A DNA stretch of 64,000 nt from NCBI GenBank assembly GCA_965221905.1, contig OZ244922.1, positions 3,456,011 through 3,520,010 of the forward strand, in the 5' to 3' direction. The position numbers and the translations under genes were made by a program. The notes beneath the pieces were generated by a model. It was not told the origin of the DNA. It saw only the letters and a program-made list of their open reading frames with translations, and searched no databases. Shown piece after piece: positions 57,332 through 64,000 of this stretch; the first letter of the stretch is position 1; each line of letters starts with the position of its first letter. Source of the DNA: Chloroflexota bacterium. GTDB lineage: Bacteria > Chloroflexota > UBA11872 > VXOZ01.

Positions 57332-58363
57332 ATGAGCAGTGAAATGCCCAATCCGAATGACTATTTCGAGGAGTTTACCGGTAAACTCCTCCGCAAACTA
57401 GGGTGTCGGATTGAAAAGGATCCCCCAGTCGGCAATGGACTTGCGGACTTTCGCGCTTCCACCCCCGACGATGAGGAATTCTATGTGGAGGCTACGGTTG
57501 CGGCGCATTCGCCGTTCACCAAGAAACATACTGAAGATGATGTATGCCACAAGCTACATGCCATGTGCAGTAATCCTTATCTTTATTGGTTCACTGCATG
57601 GGCAGTTGGAGAACTTCATCAGAATCTATCAAAGCACCAGTTGATTCTAATCAAGGAATGGGTTGAAGAACTGAGCACCGTCGAACTGAGACACACTAGT
57701 CAGAGGTTTGCTTTCCCCAGTGGGACACATCCGCAAGACGCGGAAAACGCCTCCATCGAATGGGTTTTGACGATTTCGGCAACACCTCGGTCTGAAGCAC
57801 GCCGGGGCGAGCCCTCTCCACTTCTTGCAGACATTGGCCGTGTTGGATTTGTCGATTCCGCGTCACCTCTTGTTAGAGCGGCCCGCGCTAAAGTGAAGCA
57901 ACACAAGTGTATAGCGGGTCCACTTCTATTGACCTTAAACGACATGGGAGACATTCCGAGTGGGCCTCTAGACGTGGCGCTTGCACTCTTTGGCTGGGAG
58001 CAAGAGGCGGGAAATGGACGCATCCGCATAACACGGGCATCCGGCAGAAAAATGCGCAGTCTTTGGGGCACAGGTGAGAATTCCACCATCAGTGCCATCC
58101 TGTTATTCCATGAATTGACACCGAGTACTCTGCCGTATTCAAAAGTATGTTTGTATGAGAATCCGCGGGCAAGGTATCCTATTACGTCTTGGCTTAGACA
58201 ATTCTTCCCATATGCGGTTGTGGAAGAGGAGCAGGGAATTCAGTACTTGTGCTGGCATCCAGGGCCACGCCTGAGTTCTGCTTTGGGAATTCCAGCGCAA
58301 CCTCGACCTAGCGCAGAACTTGAGCGGAGGTTAAATGAAGCAACTAAGGGCTTCTTGCGATAG
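57332..58363 (+). CDS. Hypothetical protein with a PD-(D/E)xK-like N-terminal motif
   Basis: FEE....L...G..IE..P...ADF.....FYVEAT; K.KQ; ISAIL; ENPRA. Confidence 0.65.
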   Translation: MSSEMPNPNDYFEEFTGKLLRKLGCRIEKDPPVGNGLADFRASTPDDEEFYVEATVAAHSPFTKKHTEDDVCHKLHAMCSNPYLYWFTAWAVGELHQNLSKHQLILIKEWVEELSTVELRHTSQRFAFPSGTHPQDAENASIEWVLTISATPRSEARRGEPSPLLADIGRVGFVDSASPLVRAARAKVKQHKCIAGPLLLTLNDMGDIPSGPLDVALALFGWEQEAGNGRIRITRASGRKMRSLWGTGENSTISAILLFHELTPSTLPYSKVCLYENPRARYPITSWLRQFFPYAVVEEEQGIQYLCWHPGPRLSSALGIPAQPRPSAELERRLNEATKGFLR

Positions 58364-58404
58364 ACCTTTCTCACGCGCCAGGAAGAACGTCCCTGCGGCC
58401 ATGT

Positions 58405-61400
58405 CTATGGCGCAGTAAGCAATCTTGTCACAAGATCCTCGATCTCTTGTGCAATTCCGTGGTCGTGGAGGGCGGTGCGGATGTGCTTGCGGGCGGTGAC
58501 GAAGTACGTTCCCTCTTTGAGGGGTACTTTGGCGGCGACCTGGGCGGCGCGCGCGGCTGCCGCTGCGAGTTCTTGATGCAACGGGTCATTCGCATTGAAT
58601 AACGGGATTAGCACTTCGAACATGAGCTTGTCGAAGTCCCGAGTACCCCACAGGCCGCGGCTTTGCATGTGAGCTATCCGTCTGCGTACGGCCTCGCTAT
58701 TCAAGATCGCCATCAAGTATTGTGCCTCACGATGGCCAGTTGAGGCCCAATACAACTTATGATCCACAACGGCACTAGTGTCCTCAACAAATGTGGCAGC
58801 CGGAAGAGTGCCTGCTTTGGCATAGACCACCCGCACTGACGGAATAGGAAACTGCGCGCTGAGCTTCCCAAAGTAGTCTACTTGCTCGATAAACGTCATT
58901 CGGCCTGTTCCGTGGGTATCCCAGAGGTGCTCGGCCTTGGCAAGCCAGGAGGCGAGATAGGGGTAGCCAACCTGCTGCGCGGCCGCGGCGTCGAGGAGAC
59001 GCTTACCGTCCGGATCCCAGGGAATAATGCCGGGTACGGGCTTGAGCAGCCGGTACGGGGCAACTGATTCACCCAGGTAAACCTGGCGGAGAAACTCTCT
59101 CTCCACCTGTTGCCGGAGGGCCGGCAGGCTCTTCCACGGCTCTTTCTCTTGGCGCGTGCGGCGGCTCTCCACCATGGGTGCATCCGACACACCGCCCAAC
59201 ATTCCCGATGTGGCTTCTTCTACTAAGCAGAGCATACGGGGCACGAGCGTCGCGCCTTGGCGAAACTTCTCCCGGTACGCGGAGCCGCCGGTAAGCTCAC
59301 CGCCGGTAGGCCACGGCGCGGAGCGGTGGGTTAGGTAGCGTGCCGCCTCTGCCGACGTGGCGTCGCGCCGGGGCAGCACGCCCGCATACGCCGTTACCTT
59401 CTTCGGCAGTGTGCCTCCCTCGCCGACACGTCCTATGAGCACGCACGAGGGCACGGGAAAGAGCGGCTGCACGGACTCGTCAAACGTCCAGGCCTTTCGA
59501 ATCGCGGACCGTGCGTACACTATCTCGCCTTTCCCAAAAACTCCGCTGCGGAATCCTTCATACTGTTTGCGGTGGAGCGTGGCGTAGGGCAGGACGAAAG
59601 CGATCTTGCTGTGGCGATCGGGTTCCTGCACCGCGTAGAGTTCGGCGCAGCGGGCGTAGAAGTATGCCGAGAGGTCTTGGTGCGTCGCCACGCGGCCGCC
59701 GGCCCATAGATTGCGGCGCTGGCACTCCTCCCGGAAGCGCTTCTGGATAGCATCAGACATGTAGCGGTAAGCGAGCCAGGGCGGATTGCCAATGATGACG
59801 TCGGCGCGTTGTTCCTTTGAGGAAAGCCAGACCGGACGCGCCTGATTGCGCACCACGTAGCCCCAGATATGGTCGCGCCCCGCCGCCCGCAGGTCGCAGA
59901 GGTGTTGATATGTCGCCGCGAGCATTTCCCAGTCACGCTCATTCCCGATCCGTTCTCGTTCCAACCAGGCGCGCAGATCGTCAGCCGCAGCGCCGCGTTC
60001 GCTATAGTCAAGCATCCTCGGAACGACCTGTTCAAAGCTGGCGAGGTCTGCCACGATCGAGGCAGGGAAGCGCAACTGAGGGCCGTCCGGCACTCGAATG
60101 ATTACGTCGCGTCCGGCGATAAAGCCTTCCGTATTCCACTGGAGCGAATCGCCAAGGTAGACCGGAATCGCGAGTTCATCCCGGTCTGCATTTAGACGTG
60201 CCGGGCCGAGCGCCAGCAGGTAAGTCACGCGGGCAATGAGCGCCGCCACCGGATGGATGTCCACGCCCAACACCTTGCGCGTGCACTCCGCAAGCGCGGC
60301 GGCGTTGTCACAACCGGCCCCGTCCGCCGCAGCCAGAAAATGGCGCACAGCATGGAAGAGGAACGTGCCTGACCCACAAGACGGATCGAGCACCCGTTGA
60401 TTGAGCGGATCCGTGACCACCTCACGCACCATCAGATCGGCAAGCCAGTCCGGCGTATAGTACTCGCCGAGTTGGTGGCGCTGGGCCGGATCGATTAGCG
60501 ACTCATAAAGCTCCTTTAGAACGTCATGCTCAATGTCCTCAAGGCGAAAACGGCTCGCCTGCCCAGCGATGCGATTCACCAAAGCAACACCGTCCGGTGC
60601 ATCGATAATCCAATCGAAGAAGTCGGATTCCACGGCACCGGTGATGCCCGCGTCGCGAAAGGGTTGGCCGGAGAGCAAATTAGCAGGCTGCGGCAAGGGG
60701 ATGCCCAGCGCCCGCGTCGCCATCGTCTTTGCCACAATGGTGAGATAGGTATGTTGGAAGAAGAGGTCGTCGCCTTTGACGAAGTCAGCCGAATCTACTG
60801 ACTCGCCGTAGACCATTTGCAGCAAGTCCGCCCACAACGTGCGTTTGAGTTCTACATCGGGCGTTGACTTCACTTCCCGCCACAGTCGCGCAAGTTCGGT
60901 TTGGGCAACAAAGTAGGCGAGGCTCTCGCGCCCGAGCTCCTTGCGCACGGCGTCAGGTTCGGGCGAGATTTCCGGTTGGATGGCAACTGCGGTATCAAGC
61001 CAGGCAAGAAGCGTGCCGGGATCATCAAGTGTGGGCGTATACCGAGTAAGCTCGACTACCGTCTCGCCGCGCAACTCATACGCAATGAACACCGCGCCGT
61101 CCGTAGCAATGCCAATGTAGTGCTCGCCAGTGTCCTTTTGCTTTTGGCCGATGTAGCGCGCGAGTTGCGATTCCGCGTCCGCAGATTCGGCTCGCAGATC
61201 GCGCTTGAACTCGAAAAGTGTGCGGCCAAGCAATGCGTCTGCGCGACCCCGCACCTCAGGCAGCGGCTCCTCGAAGCGGACTTGATCGCTTCTTGCCCCT
61301 AGGCCTTCCACCAGAAGCCTATAGACAAGCGTCCGTACCTTCTCGTGCCCCGGTCGCTTGAGAAGTTCGTCGACGATATGTTGCTGGCGGTCCTTATCTA

Positions 61401-61407
61401 GCGGCAT
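58405..61407 (-). CDS. Type IIG-like restriction-modification enzyme (nuclease + N6-adenine methyltransferase + TRD)
   Basis: ADALL..FEFK, GIATDG, GEYYTP, LDPSCGSGTF, GVDIHP, IGNPPW. Confidence 0.9.
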   Translation of the reverse strand: MPLDKDRQQHIVDELLKRPGHEKVRTLVYRLLVEGLGARSDQVRFEEPLPEVRGRADALLGRTLFEFKRDLRAESADAESQLARYIGQKQKDTGEHYIGIATDGAVFIAYELRGETVVELTRYTPTLDDPGTLLAWLDTAVAIQPEISPEPDAVRKELGRESLAYFVAQTELARLWREVKSTPDVELKRTLWADLLQMVYGESVDSADFVKGDDLFFQHTYLTIVAKTMATRALGIPLPQPANLLSGQPFRDAGITGAVESDFFDWIIDAPDGVALVNRIAGQASRFRLEDIEHDVLKELYESLIDPAQRHQLGEYYTPDWLADLMVREVVTDPLNQRVLDPSCGSGTFLFHAVRHFLAAADGAGCDNAAALAECTRKVLGVDIHPVAALIARVTYLLALGPARLNADRDELAIPVYLGDSLQWNTEGFIAGRDVIIRVPDGPQLRFPASIVADLASFEQVVPRMLDYSERGAAADDLRAWLERERIGNERDWEMLAATYQHLCDLRAAGRDHIWGYVVRNQARPVWLSSKEQRADVIIGNPPWLAYRYMSDAIQKRFREECQRRNLWAGGRVATHQDLSAYFYARCAELYAVQEPDRHSKIAFVLPYATLHRKQYEGFRSGVFGKGEIVYARSAIRKAWTFDESVQPLFPVPSCVLIGRVGEGGTLPKKVTAYAGVLPRRDATSAEAARYLTHRSAPWPTGGELTGGSAYREKFRQGATLVPRMLCLVEEATSGMLGGVSDAPMVESRRTRQEKEPWKSLPALRQQVEREFLRQVYLGESVAPYRLLKPVPGIIPWDPDGKRLLDAAAAQQVGYPYLASWLAKAEHLWDTHGTGRMTFIEQVDYFGKLSAQFPIPSVRVVYAKAGTLPAATFVEDTSAVVDHKLYWASTGHREAQYLMAILNSEAVRRRIAHMQSRGLWGTRDFDKLMFEVLIPLFNANDPLHQELAAAAARAAQVAAKVPLKEGTYFVTARKHIRTALHDHGIAQEIEDLVTRLLTAP

Positions 61408-61413
61408 CAGCGC

Positions 61414-62397
61414 CTACGGCAGGGTCTCGTACTCGGCTTGTTCGTTGATGGGATATGGCGGGCGTTTGCCTTGGATGACGTCGATGAGGCACTCGAAGGC
61501 CATGACCACCATGGCGTGGACGGATTCCTGGGTTACGCCGGCCACGTGGGGGAAGGGCAGAATCTTCGGGTGGTTCAAGAAAGGGTGGTCCGGCGGCGGC
61601 GGTTCCACGGAGAATACGTCGGAGGCCGCCCCGGCCAGTTGCCCCGCATCGATGGCTGCCACCAGCGCCTCTTCATCGACCAGGCTGCCACGCGCGGTAT
61701 TGACGATGAATGCAGAGGGCTTCATACGCTCCAGCAGCGCCGCATTGACGAACTTGTAGGTCTCCGGCGTGCTTGGCAGGTGGAGCGAGATGAAGTCCGC
61801 CTCCGCGAAGATCTCTTCGGGCTCCGCGTACGTGACACCGAGGTCCGCCGCCGCCTCTTCGTCCCACATCACGTCATACGCGAGCACCCGCATATCAAAG
61901 CCGCTCGCCCGACGCGCCACCGACTTGCCGATGCGGCCGAGACCCAAGATGCCCAGCGTCTTGTTGCACACGTCCACCCCTTGAATGCGGTGGAACCCGC
62001 CGTCGCGGGCGATTGCCGCATGTTCCACGACCTGGCGCGCCAGTGCTAGAATCATCGCCATCGCATAGTCGGCAACCGTATCGTTGTTCGCCCCGGGCGT
62101 GATGGTTATCCAGACGCCGTGCCTGGTGGCGGCTTCGATGTCGATCTGGTCGTAGCCCACGCCGACGCGCGCCACGATCTTAAGCTGCGGATGGGCGGCG
62201 AAGACGCGCTCGGTGAAATGGTCCGATCCGGCGACGAAGGCCTCGACGCCGTCTAGATTATCGATTAACTCTTGCTCGGTAAGCGGGCGAAACACGTCGA
62301 GCGGTGGAGCGAGCTCAACGCCGGCATTGCGTAGTGTGTCCCAATGCGGACCGGGAAGATCAAGAATAGAACGTGCGCCGATGAATACTTTTGCCAC
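61414..62397 (-). CDS. D-2-hydroxyacid dehydrogenase (phosphoglycerate dehydrogenase-like)
   Basis: RVGVGYD, GLGRIG, NTARG, DVFSVEP, PHVAG. Confidence 0.92.
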   Translation of the reverse strand: MAKVFIGARSILDLPGPHWDTLRNAGVELAPPLDVFRPLTEQELIDNLDGVEAFVAGSDHFTERVFAAHPQLKIVARVGVGYDQIDIEAATRHGVWITITPGANNDTVADYAMAMILALARQVVEHAAIARDGGFHRIQGVDVCNKTLGILGLGRIGKSVARRASGFDMRVLAYDVMWDEEAAADLGVTYAEPEEIFAEADFISLHLPSTPETYKFVNAALLERMKPSAFIVNTARGSLVDEEALVAAIDAGQLAGAASDVFSVEPPPPDHPFLNHPKILPFPHVAGVTQESVHAMVVMAFECLIDVIQGKRPPYPINEQAEYETLP

Positions 62398-62771
62398 CGG
62401 GTTCCTACCTTTCTCGTTAGCAGCGTCTCAATGCAAAGCTTCTCTATTGTCGGCTATGGCGCAGCCCCACGCCTACAGGCGCGGCGAAACGCAAAGACAA
62501 TTGTAAGCACTCGTTTGATTGCTTGGATTCCAAAGCAGTCATCGAGCGCGGAATCGAATCTTCGCCGCCGCGAAGGCTTGCCCCCGATTTAAAGTGCCCT
62601 CGCACTTCGCTCCATCGGGACAGCGCTCAGCCGGCAACGCACAGCACCCGCGAGTCCGGAGTGAGTTGACGTTTCGCAAAGCAACATAGTACGGTCATAT
62701 TTGCGGCATGCATACGTACGGTTCTCCCCAATGATACACGCGCTCAGTGCGCAGCGTTTAGGATACATAGA

Positions 62772-63245
62772 ATGAGCACACCGGAATCAGAAAATAAGCC
62801 AAGGCGCAAGAAGAAGCGAGAGGTGCGTTACGGAGAAGAAGCGATTGATTCCGTGGAAATTCGCTACTTCCCCAATCCTGAACCCAAGCGGGATTACTAC
62901 GTGCAGATTCGTCTGCCGGAATTGACGTTTAAAGACCCGGTTTCCGGTTACCCTGATTTCGCGGTCGCTACAATGGTGTACGTGCCCGACGCGCGTATTG
63001 TGGACCTCAAGACGCTCAAGCTCTACTTCAATAGCTTTCGCGACAAGTACTATTCCCACGAACGTATCACGAACGAGCTCTTCGACGAGTTGATAGCAGG
63101 ATTACAGCCGCGCGGCGCGCTGCTCATGATGGAGTTCAACCCGCGCGGCAACGTCTCGACGCGCGTCATCAGCACCACAGACGAAGTCTTTCTCGAGCGC
63201 GCGCAGCACGTTCTCGAGATGCCGGTGACGCGGCCGGCTTTCTAA
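62772..63245 (+). CDS. QueF-like T-fold protein with the catalytic Cys replaced by Asp
   Basis: PELTFKDPVSGYPDFA, VDLKTLKLY.NSFR, SHE, FNPRGN. Confidence 0.85.
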   Translation: MSTPESENKPRRKKKREVRYGEEAIDSVEIRYFPNPEPKRDYYVQIRLPELTFKDPVSGYPDFAVATMVYVPDARIVDLKTLKLYFNSFRDKYYSHERITNELFDELIAGLQPRGALLMMEFNPRGNVSTRVISTTDEVFLERAQHVLEMPVTRPAF

Positions 63246-63413
63246 ATCGGCGCAGCTTCTATGCGGTCGTAGCTCTCCAGCCTGGCAGTCTTCCGAATCA
63301 CATTGATTTGAGACCGTGCCGCAGCATTTGCACCGTGCCGACCGGAGGGATGGCCCGCCAAGCTTCACAACTCGGCATAGAACCGAATCGACTCAGCTAC
63401 TTTGAGCGGTAGC

Positions 63414-63451
63414 TTGCGGTAGCCAGGCGGAAGAATACCTGGCTACCGCAA
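63414..63451. repeat. Strong hairpin (REP-like or terminator)
   Basis: TTGCGGTAGCCAGG ... CCTGGCTACCGCAA, a 14-bp perfect stem. Confidence 0.55.
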
Positions 63452-63763
63452 TCGCTTCCGCCGACTCCCAAACAATAAGGAGCTTACCGACGCCCCACAG
63501 CAGCGGGAGGCCACACTTTAAGGGAAGGCCGTCTCGCCGCTGAAGCTTCGCGGCGGTTTCAGCCCGGTAGCTTTCGGAGCAGGATTTTAGAGGTCACCGC
63601 GAAATATCCCGGCCTCTTCGCGAGGACTCTGAGGGAATCAGAGAAACAGTCCCGCAGCAGCGACCTTAGTAACAGTGGCCTGTCAAGCTTCTTCGTCTAC
63701 TCATTTCGCAGAATTAGTCTGTGTCAATAGGCTCAATTATGTCATTATGGGCTATTTCAGGGG

Positions 63764-63872
63764 TTGACAACTACATACCACAGGATACACTCAGTTTTCT
63801 AGCGGAATCTTGTCACTTTTACTGCTGAATTTGGGCTTTGTCCTTGACAGGTATTAATGCTTTCCCCATAAT
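63764..63872 (+). promoter_or_regulatory. Two tandem sigma70-type promoters
   Basis: TTGACA-16-TACACT (63764) and TTGACA-17-CATAAT (63844). Confidence 0.55.
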
Positions 63873-63988
63873 GGCAGCAGCACCACAACCGTGGGTATCA
63901 ACAATCGTGGTGAGCAGTAAAGTATCTTTAGGTAGCGTTCGGTGAAGGGGCGTACCGAACCCGAACGGATCTTCAGGAGGAGGGATCA

Positions 63989-64000
63989 ATGCGTATTACC
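63989..64000 (+). CDS. Start of an unidentified gene (MRIT...) running off the window
   Basis: GGAGG RBS followed by ATG, downstream of the promoters. Confidence 0.5.

Noticed and set aside
62400-62771. preQ1 riboswitch upstream of the queF-like gene
   Set aside because: No short stem with the A-rich tail typical of preQ1-I was recognisable.

Overview
A GC-rich bacterial chromosomal segment. Expanded Tat-lipoprotein sugar-type solute-binding proteins, DUF3604 hydrolases and dense palindromic repeats suggest Chloroflexota, possibly a marine or sponge-associated lineage (inference). Housekeeping genes (divIC/ftsB-like, dut, tilS, pheS, pheT, uvrA, fadN-like) alternate with single defence or toxin-antitoxin cassettes: GHKL/MORC ATPase-nuclease + Vsr + Dcm, two ABC-ATPase/partner pairs, VapBC, a PIN toxin with a large partner, HigBA-ImmA, orphan HigA and MNT, and a type IIG-like R-M enzyme. 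Highlights: (1) intergenic palindromic repeats are inserted in frame inside uvrA (twice) and fadN; (2) a DUF559 endonuclease gene is bracketed by inverted copies of a hairpin repeat that also occurs alone, and one solo copy holds a 214-bp MITE in its loop with a 4-bp duplication; (3) a QueF homologue lacks its catalytic Cys and has no Cys at all; (4) interleaved direct repeats reveal two alleles of a variable defence slot, including a silent divergent R-M C-terminus; (5) a structured leader ending in a terminator precedes pheS. No tRNA, rRNA or CRISPR array was seen. All assignments come from motif recognition by eye; no database search was run.
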